A model generated the notes under the pieces. It saw only the letters and a list, made by a program, of their open reading frames with translations, did no database searches and was not told the DNA's origin. DNA of 64,000 nucleotides from Anthoceros angustus (Eukaryota > Plantae > Anthocerotophyta). The position numbers and the translations under genes are program-made. This document shows, in pieces, positions 22,987 to 36,370 of this stretch (its first letter is position 1; each line of letters begins with the position of its first letter). The DNA is taken from the NCBI GenBank assembly GCA_010909165.1, contig MU008170.1, positions 930,001 to 994,000 of the forward strand, given 5' to 3'.

Positions 22987-23280
22987 GTGGATATCTTCCA
23001 TTGCTTATGATCATGAGATATCTACGTGTGGTCTCACGTCTAATCAAAGCAATGGGAGTAGGCAGAGACTTGGCCTCGAGCTTTGCAACTCTCGAGTTTC
23101 GGGACCTCGGGGCGTCTCAACAAGTGCAAGAGCACTTGTTTTAGTCCCATGTTGGATTACATTCCCACACATCTTTTCGAGCAAGCTTTCCCCATAAAAA
23201 CAAGGAGATCCCTACATGTATATAGCGCCCAAGTCATATTGGGTCCCCAAAGCCGACCTCCCACCACATGAGGCTCAACG
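22987..23280 (+). pseudogene. Possible decayed non-LTR retrotransposon RT fragment (array module; 9 copies)
   Basis: Cross-frame reading AY..(D)DIYV.GP ... LNKCKSTCFSP ... SLHVYSAQV resembles the YxDD, LNxxK and GLxVLGxP motifs. Confidence 0.35.
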
Positions 23281-23669
23281 TGCACCACCTCACTTTTTGC
23301 TCGGCAATAACCACGAGCTTCCCTCCATAAAGATAGGGCTCAACTAAAGTTGGGGCCCCCATAAGCTTGACCACAGTGCCCCACCACCTCGGCGCAAACT
23401 TTTGCTCCGCTTTCTTTTGGGTTTGTAGAAACCCTTCTAAATAGCACGCGCTTAAGTGGGGCCCCTTAGACCGCCAACCTTGACCCTTGGTGCCCCACCA
23501 CCCCGAGCAAACTACTTCTCCACAGATCGGCGGTAACCATAAATCCCCACCTCCACATGTATAGCGCCCACCTTAAGTCAAGGCCCCTCGAACGCCAACC
23601 TCATATTCTGGTGCCCCAACACCCCGGCGCTCTTCTCCTTCGCTTTCCTTTTGGTTTATAACTTCCCTC

Positions 23670-24090
23670 AAGAAGGAGTGTCGCCTCAAAGCGATGCATC
23701 GTGTAATCCAACATGGGTATGCTCACACAGATGGCAATTTCCAGCCAAAGTCGAAGAAATTTGAGGTGGAGACTTCATTTACTTGCGAGTGTCAAGCAGG
23801 AGATACCGACAGCTAGCGACGCATAAGTGAAGGAGGTTAGACCTAATGGGGTACTCTTGCACAACGATGGGCGCTGACGATCGACAACATGAAGAATTGT
23901 GCGGTCTATCACCTCCCAAACTGGACCCAACTATTGTTACGATTGGGTCCCTCCGCTTGATTACCCATGCCAAGTATGTAGGCCTCCGGATGATCTGAGC
24001 GATGCCGTTTTGTGATCACCGTGATGGTGGTTACCATGTGTTTTGCCTAAATCCACCACTAGTTGAGGTCCGGATCACTATTGTACAAGA
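23670..24090 (+). pseudogene. Gypsy integrase C-terminus/PHD remnant (array copy 1)
   Basis: FQPKSKKFEVG.FIYL...HLPNLDPTIV..WVPPLDYPCQVC...GGYHVFCLNPPL. Confidence 0.8.
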
Positions 24091-26164
24091 AAACCAGCGG
24101 GCATAAACCATCCAGCTTCAGCGGGGGAGCGGGTGGAGAGGCAGAGGACTCATTTTTGCTACATGTTAGATGAGCAGTTGGGACATACTACAAAATGTTC
24201 GATGAGATAGCTAGGACATACTCGGACAGCCCAATGTTCGATGAGATAGCTAGGACATACTCGGGGCAGTCAGCTCGGCTATACTCTTCATGGCAATAAG
24301 TATACCGGACAACCTACCCATACGATGATTAGGTATACTCGGGATCATAGTCCCAACTCTAGCTATCTGTCTTCTGACTTTAGTCGAGACGATCCTCGAA
24401 CAACTATACTTGGGATGGTCCGTAGAACACTCGGACACGAGTTAGGGATGGAGTGAGTGACCCTTTCGGCAAGTGTTTGAGTGTCCCGGAATTGCTATGG
24501 TGCGTGAAGAGTGCAGATGGGATGGTTCTAGTGGCAATTTCACCTCTTTCTATGATAAGCTCGTCGGCACTCTAAAACTCCTCCTCTTGTTGTGGTTAGA
24601 GCACGAAGAGCTCCCACTAATGTCGTACAATGCACGTGTTGTGACCAATGTCAAGGGACAAACTATAGGAGGAAGCAGGGGTAATCTATGCTCAAGAGAA
24701 AGACACGAGGAAGAGCCAAAGCACGACTTCCACCCCAACTACGTAGAGATACTAAGGAGAAGAAGTTGGGACGGAAGGTCCTTGTTCTTTGATGACACCA
24801 ACTCAAGATCGACACCTTGTAGCATCAGAGAAATGATCACCACACTAACACACAATAGTCAGTTCTGTTTTAAACTAAGCAGACACTTGAATGCTGTAGG
24901 AGTCTAAGACTCCAAGCATCTCCTTTGAATAAGTCATGTTTTTACCTTAGGGAGGGCTTTAGTAAGCAGGTCAGCTGCATTAGATCCCGTGGGGATGTAT
25001 TCAAGACAGATCTGACTTAAAGAAACTGCATCTCGGATGAAATGGTAATGAATCTCGATGTCCTTGGTACGTGCACCCGGGACTCATGGCGCACGCGATT
25101 GTTGCGTCCGAGATTGTCGTATGCGTGTCGAGTGTCCTCTCCCAAGACTCACGATGCCGAGTGGAGCGATAACTTAAGAAGGTTCCACATAGCATAAAAA
25201 TATGGTATATGGATTATATAAAATGGGTGGTTACAAAAGGACTTTGAGCCTCCTTTGGCTTTGGCTTCTATGGATTGAGTATTTGAACTAAGTTTTCTAG
25301 CTAGTGACCATGAAGCGACTTCATGTCATCGTAATGACTTCGTCGTACCATATGGTGATGGTATGTGAGTCATTCTTGCACCTTCACCAGCTCATACCTC
25401 GCCAGGCATGACACCGCCTGCACCGTGTGTCGCACCTTCCACGTCATCTGGCTGTCCAATGCTCGCACTTGGGCACCACCGGCAGCAACACGGCACACTC
25501 CGACACTTCAGCCCGCGACAACCTCACCGATGAAAACACGAGGCACGCATGGAAAGCTAACCCCTCACCATCCCTCCCTTCACAATTGTCCTGTGCAAAC
25601 CGGATCCTCTATGAGAGGCGCCTCCACGAGCCAAGAAGCGAATTGCTGCGCTTTCATCCACTAAAGTTGAGTATAAGGCCCGGGACGCATGGAAGGAGTT
25701 AGAGTGGAAAGGCAACTTTTGGAATGAATCCACTTACCTCAAAGTGCTCCCACTAAGCTTCTATGTGAAAGCATGTAGGCTATTGCCTTTTCCAATCCTT
25801 GGTTTCATGCAAGAACCAAGCACATTGAGCTAAACCACCATTATATCCATGGCGTCGAAAGGGGCATTGTGAAAGTGGAATACATTAATGAGAATCTGAC
25901 TAATATTTCTACAAAGGGCTGCCAAAGCCAAAGCATTTCAAGCATATGGCTGCCCTTGGGCTCGGAGTGTTCTCGCCCTATGTATCGAGTTGATATCTAC
26001 CTTGTTGTCGGGCGGTTTGATTCTTATTGCCTCTAGGGCTCGGAGCTGCTCGCCTTCTTCTGCTCAAAATAGCGTATTCATCGATCTGGTCTCTAGGATG
26101 AAGCTACTATGAAATCTAGGCGTGAGAGGTATCGGACATATGGGTCATGTTTTAGGAGGTCATA

Positions 26165-28275
26165 TCTTTTCTTTTCTTTTGTGATTTCTTGGTTGGGTTG
26201 TTGAAGGTTCTAGTCATTTTCGCTTTCTTTTGTGAGGATTTTTGGTTGTTTTGTTTCTAGCCGTTCTTTTTGGGACGTTTTTCCTCTTTGTTTTGTTTTC
26301 CTTTGTTATTTTGGGTTGGGTTGTAGTTGAAGGTTCTCTTTTCGGATAATTTTGAGGTTTTTGGTTGTTTTGTCTCTAGTTCTTATTTTGGGAGGTTATC
26401 AATGCTATTTTCCAATTTTGGGTTGTAGCTTTAGGTTCCAATCTCTGGGTTCCAATCTCTTTTCGGATGTTTGTGGGGCTTTTGGTTCTCTTGTTTCTTG
26501 CTTTTTTTGTGTGAGGTTATTTTGTTATTGTTTTCCTTTTGGGTTGGATTGTAGTGAAGGGTCCAATCTCTTGATTTTGTGAGGCTTTTGGTTCTCTTGT
26601 ATCTAGCTTCTTTAGGTTCCAATCTCTTTTCGGATTTTGTGAGGGCTTTTGGTTCTCTTGTTTCTAGCTTTAAGTTCCAATCTCTTTTTGGATTTTGTGA
26701 GGGCTTTTGGTTCTTGTTTCTAGCTTCTTTAGGTTCCAATCTCTTCGGATTTTGTGAGGGCTTTTGGTTCTCTTGTTTCTAGCTTCTTATTTTGGGAGGT
26801 TATCATTGTTATTTTTATTTTTGGTTGGGTTGTGAAGGTTCCAATCGGTCTTTAGATTTTGTGAGGTTTTTGATTGTTTTGTTTCTAGCTTCTTTTTGGG
26901 AGGTTATTTTGTTATTGTTTTTCCTTTTGGGTTGGATTGTAGCTGAAGGTTCAGTCACTTTTGGATTTTTGAGGGCCTTGACCGTTTTGGTTCTAGTGTC
27001 TCTTTTGGGAGGTTATTTATTTTGCTTTCTTTTGTGATCTTTTTGGTTGTTAGTGGATATCTTCCATTGCTTATGATCATGAGATATCTACGTGTGGTCC
27101 CACGTCTAATCAAAGCAATGGGAGTAGGCAGAGACTTGGCCTCGAGCTTTGCAACTCTCGAGTTTCGGGACCGCCTCGGGAGGCGTCTCTCAACAAGTGC
27201 AAGAGCACTTGTTTTGTCCCATGTTGGATTACATTCCACACATCTTTTCGAGCAAGCTTTCCCCATAAAAACAAGGAGATCCCTACATGTATATAGCGCC
27301 CAAGTCATATGGGGTCCCCAAAGACCTCCCACCACATGAGGCTCAACGTGCACACCTCACTTTTTGCGGCAATAACCAGAGCTTCCCTCCATAAAGATAG
27401 GGCTCAACTAAAGTTGGGGCCCCAAATGCCAAGCTCGCGACGGTGCCCCACCACCCCGGCGCAAACTTTTGCTCCGCTTTCTTTGGGACGTTTTTCCTCT
27501 TGTTTTGTTTTTCCTTTGTTATTTTGGGTTGGGTTGTAGTTGAAGGTTCCGGTCTCTTTTCGGATAATTTTGAGGTTTTTGGTTGTTTTGTCTCTAGTTT
27601 CTTATTTTGGGAGGTTATCAATGCTATTTTCCAATTTTGGGTTGGGTTGTAGCTTTAGGTTCCAATCTCTTTAGGTTCAATCTCTTTTGATGTTTGTAGG
27701 GCTTTTGGTTCTCTTGTTTCTTGCTTTTTTTTTTGTGTGAGGTTATTTTTGTTATTGTTCCTTTTGGGTTGGATTGTAGAAGGTTCCAATCTCTTTTGAT
27801 TTTGTGAGGGCTTTTGGTTCTCTTGTATCTAGCTTCTTTAGGTTCCAATCTCTTTTCGGATTTTTTGTGAGGGCTTTTGGTTCTCTTGTTTCTAGCTTTA
27901 GTTCCAATCTCTTTATTTTTGTGAGGGCTTTTGGTTGTTTTGTTTCTATTCTTTAGGTTCCAATCTCTTTTTGGATTTTGTGAGGGCTTTTGGTTCTCTT
28001 GTTTCTAGCTTCTTTTTGGGAGGTTATCATTGTTATTTTTATTTTTGGTTGGGTTGTGGTGAAGGTTCCAATCTCTTTAGATTTTGTGAGGTTTTTTGAT
28101 TGTTTTGTTTCTAGCTTCTTTTTGGGAGGTTATTTTTATTTTTGTTTTTCCTTTTGGGTTGGATTGTAGGTGAAGGTTCCAATCTTTTTGGATTTTTGAG
28201 GGCCTTGGAGTTTTGGTTCTAGTCTCTTTTGGGAGGTTATTTATTTTGCTTTCTTTTGTGATCTTTTTGGTTGTT
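26165..28275. repeat. T/G-rich satellite blocks (26165-27050, 27480-28275) around a duplicated RT-like module
   Basis: Same ~60-bp core and variants. Confidence 0.9.
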
Positions 28276-28956
28276 AGTGGATATCTTCCATTGCTTATGA
28301 TCATGAGATATCTACGTGTGGTCCTCGTCTAATCAAAGCAATGGGAGTAGGCGAGACTTGGCCTCGAGAGCTTTTTCTCGAGTTTCGGGACCGCCTCGGG
28401 AGGCGTCTCTCAACAAGTGCAAGAGCACTTGTTTTGTCCCATGTTGGATTACATTCCCACATCTTTTCGAGCAAGCTTTCCCCATAAAAACAAGGAGATC
28501 CAATGTATATAGCGCCCAAGTCATATCAAACGCCGACCTCCCACCACATGAGGCTCAACGTGCACACCTCACTTTTTGCACAGCCGGCAATAACCAGAGC
28601 TTCCCTCCATAAAGATAGGGCTCAACTAAAGTTGGGGCCCCCGAAATGCCAAGCTCGCAGCCACAGTGCCCCACCACCCCTCGGCGCAAACTTTTGCTCC
28701 GCTTTCTTTTGGTTGTAGAAACCCTTCTAAATAGCACGCGCCTTAAGTCGGGGCCCCTTAGACCGCCAACCTTGACCCTTGGTGCCCCACCACCCCAGCA
28801 AACTACTTCCACTCGTGCCGGTAACCATAAATCCCACCTCCACATGTATAGCGCCCACCTTAAGTCAAGGCCCCTCAGCGCCAACCTCATATTCTGGTGC
28901 CCCAACACCCCAGTCGCTCTTCTCCTTTGCTTTCCTTTTGGTTTATAACTTCCCTC

Positions 28957-29385
28957 AAGAAGGTGTCGCTTCCCTCAAAGCGATGTCGGAATGTAATCCA
29001 ACATGGGTATGCTCACACACGGAATGGCAATTTCCAGCCAAAGTCGAAGAAATTTCGGTGGAGACTTCATTTACTTGCGTCAAACAGGAGATACCTTGAC
29101 ACGCTAGCGACGACGCATCGCAAGTGAAGGAGGTTAGACCTAATGGGGTACTCTTGCTACGATGGACGCGACGATCGACAACATGAAGAATTGTGCGGTC
29201 TATCACCTCCCAAACTGGACCCAACTATTGTTACCGATTGGGTCCCTCCGCTTGATTACCCATGCCAAGTATGTAGGCCTCCGGATGATACTGGTGATGC
29301 GTTTTGTGATCACCGTGATGGTGGTTACCATGTGTTTTGCCTAAATCCACCACTAGGCGAGGTCCGGATCACTATTGTACAAGAA
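28957..29385 (+). pseudogene. Integrase C-terminus/PHD remnant (array copy 2)
   Basis: DWVPPLDYPCQVCRPPDDTGDAFCDHRDGGYHVFCLNPPL in ORF 29143-29406. Confidence 0.8.
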
Positions 29386-31619
29386 AACCAGCTACAACGG
29401 GCATAAACCATCGAGGCTTCGGTGGGAGGGGGCGGGTGGAGAGGCAGGACTCATTTTTGCTACATGTTAGATGAGCAGTTGGGACATACTGGACAGCCCC
29501 AATGTTCGATGAGATAGCTAGGACATACTCGGACATACCCCAGGTGGCTACACTCGCAGTCCAGCTCGGCTATACTCGGGCCTCGGTCCAGCTATACTGG
29601 GGCAGTCCCATGGCAAGTATACTCGGACAGCCCCAATGTTCGATGAGATAGCTAGGACATACTCGGACCCCCACTGGCTACACTGTGATCCCCTCTATAC
29701 GGATGCCCCTATATACTGGATCCCCATAAATAAGTATACTGGCCAACCTCACCATACTTGGGCTCACAGTATACTCGGATCATAGTCCCAACTCTAGCTG
29801 ATCTCTTCTGCTTCTTTAGTCGGGACACCGTCCCAAAGCAACTATACTTGGGATGGTCCCACAGAGAACACTCGGACACCCCAGTTAGGGATGGAGTGAG
29901 TGACCCTTTCACCAAGTGTTTGAGTGGCCAGAATTGCTATGGTGCGTGAAGACTGGTGCAGATGGGATGGTTCTAGTGGCAATTTCACCTCTTTCTATGA
30001 TAAGCTCGTCGGCACTCTAAAAACTCCTCCTCTTGTTGTGGTTAGAAGTAGCCTGAAGAGCTCCCACTAATTGTCGTACAATGTACGTGTTGTGACCAGT
30101 GTCAAGGGACAAACTATAGGAGGAAGCAGGGGTAATCTATGCTACTGAAGAGAAAGACACTGAGGAAGAGCCAAAGCACGACTTCCACCCCAACTACGTA
30201 GAGAGATACTAAGGAGAAGAAGTTGGGACAAGGTCCTTGTTCTTTGATGACACCAACTCAAGATCGACACCTTGTAGCTGAGAAATGATCACCGCTAACA
30301 ACACACAATAGTCGGGGCCTGTTTTAAACTAAGCGGACACTTGAATGTCAGGAGTCTAAGACTCCAAGCATCTCCTTTGAATAAGTCATGTTTTTACCTT
30401 AGGGAGGGCTTTAGTAAGGTCAGCATTAGATCCGTGGGGATGTATTCAAGATGAGATGGCTAAAAGCGCATCTCGGATGAAATGGTAATGAATCTCGATG
30501 TCCTTGGTACGTGCACCCGGGACTCATGGCGCACGCGATTGTTGCGTCCCGAGATTGTCGTGTACGTGTCGGGAGTGTCCTCTCCCAAGACTCCTGATGC
30601 CCGCGAGTGGAACAATAACTTAAGAAGGTTCCACATAACGTATAAAAAATATGGTATATGGATTATATAAAATCGGTCGGTTACATAGGACTTTGAGCCT
30701 CCTTTGGCTTTGGCTTCTATGGATTGAGTATTTGAACTAAGTTTTCTAGCTAGTGACCATGAAGCAGCTTCATGTCATCGTAATGACTTCGTCCGTCGTA
30801 CCATATGGTGATGGTATGTGAGTCATTCTTGCACCTTCACCGGCTCATACCTGTGGGCATGACACCGCCTGGCACCGTGTGTCGCACCTTCCACGTCGAT
30901 ATCACCGTCCAATGCTCTGACTTGGGCACCACCCTGCAACACGGCACACTCCGACACCACGACAACCTCACCGATGAAAACACGAGGCACGCATGGAAAG
31001 CTAACCCCTCACCATCCCTCCCTTCACAATTGTCTGTGCAAACCGGATCCTCTATATGAGAGCCTCCTCCGAGCCAAGAAGGAATTCGCTTTCATCCACT
31101 AAAGTTGAGTATAAGGCCACAGCAGGGCGCATGGAAGGAGTTAGAGTGGGAAAGGCAACTTTTGGAATGAATCCACTTACCTCAAAGTGCTCCCACTAAG
31201 CTTCTATGTGAAAGCATGTAGGCTATTGCCCTTTTCTCAATCCTTGGTTTCATGCAAGAACCAAGCACATTGAGCTAAACCACCATTATATCCATGGCGT
31301 GGAAAGGGGCATTGTGAAAGTGGAATACATTAGTCTTGATGAGAATCTAATATTTCTACAAAGGGGCACGCAAAGCCAAAGCATTTCAAGCATATGGCTG
31401 CCCTTGGGCTCGGAGTGTTCACTCGCCTATGTATCGAGTTGATATCTACCTTGTTGTCGTGGCGGGCTGTTGATTCTTATTGCCTCTAGGGCTCTGGAGC
31501 TGCTCCGCCTTCTTCGCTCAAAATGGCGTATTCATCGATCGGTAGTCTGGATGAAGCTACTATGAAATCTAGGCGTGAGAGGTATCGGACATATGGGTCA
31601 TGTTTTAGGAGGTCATATC

Positions 31620-34600
31620 TTTTCTTTTCTTTTGTGATTTCTTGGGTTGTAGTTGAAGGTTCTAGTCATTTTTCGCTTTCTTTGTGAGGGATTTTTGGTT
31701 TGTTGTTTCTAGCCGTTCTTTGGGACGTTTTTCCTCTTGTTTTGTTTTGTTATTTTTGGTTGTAGAAGGTTCTAGTTTTTCGCTTTCTTTGTGAGGGATT
31801 TTTGGTTGTTTTGTTTCTAGCCGTTCTTTGGGACGTTTTTCCTCTTGTTTTGTTTTCCTTTGTTATTTTTGGGTTGGGTTGTAGTTGAAGGTTCGGTCTC
31901 TTTTCGGATAATTTTGAGGTTTTTGTTGTTTTGTCTCTAGTTTCTTTTGGGAGGTTATCAATGCTATTTTCCAATTTTTGGGTTGGGTTGTAGCTTTAGG
32001 TCCAATCTCTTTTTGGATGTTGAGCTTTTGGTTCTCTTGTTTTGTTTTGTTTTGTGAGGTTTTTGTTATTGTTTTCCTTTGGTTTTGTAGAAGGTCCAAT
32101 CTCTTTTGATTTTGTGAGGGCTTTTGGTTCTCTTGTTCTAGCTTCTTTAGGTTCCAATCTCTTTTCGGATTTTGTGAGGGCTTTTGGTTCTCTTGTTTCA
32201 GTTTAAGTTCCAATCTCTTTTTATTTTTGTGAGGTTTTTGGGTTGTTTCTTTAGGTTCCAATCTCTTTTCGGATTTTTGAGGGCTTTTGGTTCTCTTGTT
32301 TCTAGCTTCTTATTTTTGGGAGGTTATCATTATTTTTTATTTTTGGTTTAGTAAGGTTCCAATCGGTCTTGATTTTGTGAGGTTTTTGGTTGTTTTGTCT
32401 CTAGTTTCTTATTTTTGGGAGGTTATCAATGCTATTTTCCAATTTTTGGGTTGGGTTGTAGCTTTAGGTTCCAATCTCTTTCTTCAATCTCTTTTTGGAT
32501 GTTTGTGAGGCTTTTGGTTCTCTTGTTTCTTTTTTGTGAGGTTATTTTTGTTATTGTTTTCCTTTTGGGTTGGATTGTGGTGAAGGGTCCAATCTCTTTT
32601 GATTTTGTGAGGGCTTTTGGTTCTCTTGTATCTAGCTTCTTTAGGTTTATCTCTTTTTGGATTTTTGTAGCTTTTGGTTCTCTTGTTTCTTTGTTTTGTT
32701 TCTAGCTTCTTATTTTTGGGAGGTTTTTGGTTCTTGTTTCTAGCTTCTTTAGGTTCCAATCTCTTTTCGGATTTTGTGAGGGCTTTTGGTTCTCTTGTTT
32801 CTAGCTTCTTATTTTTGGGAGGTTATCATTGTTATTTTATTTTTTGGTTGGGTTGTAGCTGAAGGTTCCAATCTCTTTAGATTTTGTGAGGCTTTTGGTT
32901 CTCTTGTTTCTAGCTTCTTTTGGGAGGTTATTTTTGTTATTGTTTTCCTTTTGGGTTGGATTGTAGGTCCAACTTTTGGATTTTTGAGGTTTTTGATTGT
33001 TTTGTTTCTAGCTTCTTTTTGGGAGGTTATTTTTGTTATTGTTTTCCTTTGGTTGGATTGTAGAAGGTTCCAATCTCTTTTTGGATTTTTGAGGGCCTTG
33101 ACCGTTTTGGTTCTAGTGTCTCTTTTGGGAGGTTATTTATTTTTGCTTTTCTTTTCTTTTGTGATTTCTTGGTTGGGTTGTGGTGAAGGTTCTAGTTTTT
33201 CGCTTTCTTTGTGAGGGATTTTTGGTTGTTTTGTTTCTAGCCGTTCTTTGGGACGTTTTTCCTCTTGTTTTGTTTTCCTTTGTTATTTTTGGGTTGGGTT
33301 GTAGTTGAAGGTTCGGTCTCTTTTCGGATAATTTTGAGGTTTTTGGTTGTTTTGTCTCTAGTTTCTTATTTTTGGGAGGTTATCAATGCTATTTTCCAAT
33401 TTTTGGGTTGGGTTGTAGCTTTAGGTTCCAATCTCTTTCTTCAATCTCTTTTTGGATGTTTGTGAGGCTTTTGGTTCTCTTGTTTCTTTTTTGTGAGGTT
33501 ATTTTTGTTATTGTTTTCCTTTTGGGTTGGATTGTGGTGAAGGGTCCAATCTCTTTTGATTTTGTGAGGGCTTTTGGTTCTCTTGTATCTAGCTTCTTTA
33601 GGTTTATCTCTTTTTGGATTTTTGTAGCTTTTGGTTCTCTTGTTTCTTTGTTTTGTTTCTAGCTTCTTATTTTTGGGAGGTTTTTGGTTCTTGTTTCTAG
33701 CTTCTTTAGGTTCCAATCTCTTTTCGGATTTTGTGAGGGCTTTTGGTTCTCTTGTTTCTAGCTTCTTTGGGAGGTTATCATTGTTATTTTTTATTTTTGG
33801 TTTAGTAAGGTTCCAATCGGTCTTGATTTTGTGAGGTTTTTGGTTGTTTTGTCTCTAGTTTCTTATTTTGGGAGGTTATCAATGCTATTTTCCAATTTTT
33901 GGGTTGGGTTGTAGCTTTAGGTTCCAATCTCTTTCTTCAATCTCTTTTTGGATGTTTGTGAGGCTTTTGGTTCTCTTGTTTCTTTTTTGTGAGGTTATTT
34001 TTGTTATTGTTTTCCTTTTGGGTTGGATTGTGGTGAAGGGTCCAATCTCTTTTGATTTTGTGAGGGCTTTTGGTTCTCTTGTATCTAGCTTCTTTAGGTT
34101 TATCTCTTTTTGGATTTTTGTAGCTTTTGGTTCTCTTGTTTCTTTTGTTTTGTTTCTAGCTTCTTATTTTGGGAGGCTTTTGGTTCTTGTTTCTAGCTTC
34201 TTTAGGTTCCAATCTCTTTTCGGATTTTGTGAGGGCTTTTGGTTCTCTTGTTTCTAGCTTCTTATTTTGGGAGGTTATCATTGTTATTTTATTTTTTGGT
34301 TGGGTTGTAGCTAAAGGTTCCAATCTCTTTAGATTTTGTGAGGCTTTTGGTTCTCTTGTTTCTAGCTTCTTTGGGAGGTTATTTTTGTTATTGTTTTCCT
34401 TTTGGGTTGGATTGTAGGTGAAGGTTCGGTCTCTTTTTGGATTTTTGAGGTTTTTGGTTCTAGTGTCTCTTTGGGAGGTTATTTATTTTTGCTTTTTCTT
34501 TTTCTTTTGTGATTTCTTGGTTGGGTTGTGGTGAAGGTTCTAGTTTTTCGCTTTCTTTTGTGAGGGATTTTTGGTTGTTTTGTTTCTAGCCGTTCTTTGG

Positions 34601-35380
34601 GACGTTTTTCCTCTTTGTTTTGTTTTCCTTTGTTATTTTTGGGTTGGGTTGTAGTTGAAGGTTCGGTCTCTTTTCGGATAATTTTGAGGGTTTTTGGTTG
34701 TTTTGTCTCTAGTTTCTTATTTTGGGAGGTTATCAATGCTATTTTCCAATTTTTGGGTTGGGTTGTAGCTTTAGGTTCCAATCTCTTTCTTCAATCTCTT
34801 TTTGGATGTTTGTGAGGCTTTTGGTTCTCTTGTTTCTTTTTTGTGAGGTTATTTTTGTTATTGTTTTCCTTTTGGGTTGGATTGTGGTGAAGGGTCCAAT
34901 CTCTTTTGATTTTGTGAGGGCTTTTGGTTCTCTTGTATCTAGCTTCTTTAGGTTTATCTCTTTTTGGATTTTTGTAGCTTTTGGTTCTCTTGTTTCTTTT
35001 GTTTTGTTTCTAGCTTCTTATTTTGGGAGGCTTTTGGTTCTTGTTTCTAGCTTCTTTAGGTTCCAATCTCTTTTCGGATTTTGTGAGGGCTTTTGGTTCT
35101 CTTGTTTCTAGCTTCTTATTTTGGGAGGTTATCATTGTTATTTTATTTTTTGGTTGGGTTGTAGCTAAAGGTTCCAATCTCTTTAGATTTTGTGAGGCTT
35201 TTGGTTCTCTTGTTTCTAGCTTCTTTGGGAGGTTATTTTTTGTTATTGTTTTCCTTTTGGGTTGGATTGTGGTGAAGGTTCCAATCCTTTTGGATTTTTG
35301 AGGGCCTTGATTTTTGGTTCTAGTGTCTCTTTTTGGGAGGTTATTTATTTTGCTTTCTTTTGTGATCTTTTTGGTTGTTA
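31620..35380. repeat. Expanded T/G-rich satellite block with exact higher-order repeats
   Basis: Identical ORF translations at 957-bp (32415/33372) and 854-bp (33868/34722) spacing. Confidence 0.92.
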
Positions 35381-35979
35381 GTGGATATCTTCCATTGCTT
35401 ATGATCATGAGATATCTACGTGTGGTCCTCGTCTAATCAAAGCAATGGGAGTAGGCAAGACTTGGCCTCGAGCTTTGCAACTCGAGTTTCGGGACCGCCT
35501 CGGGCGTCTCTCAACAAGTGCAAGAGCACTTGTTTTGTCCCATGTTGGATTACATTCCACACATCTTTTCGAGCAAGCTTTCCCCATAAAAACAAGGAGA
35601 TCCCTACATGTATATAGCGCCCAAGTCATATCGGGGTCCCCAAAGCGACCTCCCACCACATGAGGCTCAACGTGCACCACCTCACTTTTGCTCACAATAA
35701 CCAGAGCTTCCCTCCATAAAGATAGGGCTCAACTAAAGTTGGGGCCCCACAATCTAGCTCGCACAGTGCCCCACCACCCCTCGGCGCAAACTTTTGCTCC
35801 GCTTTCTTTTGGGTTTGTTTCTAGCTTCTTTTGGGTTGGGTTGTAGTTGAAGGTTCGGTCTCTTTTGTTTTCCTTTTGGAGTTTATGGGGTTAAGTCAGG
35901 CCTGCGCCAACCTCATATTCTTCACAACACCCCAGTCGCTCTTCTCCTTTGCTTTCCTTTTGGTTTATAACTTCCCTCA

Positions 35980-36370
35980 AGAAGGAGTGTCCCTCAAAGC
36001 GATGTCGGAATGTAATCCAACATGGGTATGCTCACACGGAATGGCAATTTCCAGCCAAAGTCGAAGAAATTTCTGGAGACTTCATTTACTTGCGTGTCAA
36101 GAGATACCTTCGACAGCTAGCACCGACGCATCTGCAAGTGAAGGAGGTTAGACCTAATGGGGTACTCTTGCTACATGATGGGCCTTGACGATCGACAACA
36201 TGAAGGCATGTTGGTCTCATCCCAAAGGACCCAACTATTGTTACAATTGGGTCCTCCGCTTTACCCATGCCAAGCGTAGGCCTCCTCATGCTGAGTGATG
36301 CGTTTGTGATCATGTATGGTGGTTACCATGTGTTTTGCCAAATCCACCACTAGTTGAGGTCCGGATACAT
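35980..36370 (+). pseudogene. Integrase C-terminus/PHD remnant (array copy 3, heavily degraded)
   Basis: RNVIQHGYAHTEWQFPAKVEE..QVKEVRPNGVLLL; ggttaccatgtgttttgcc. Confidence 0.7.
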
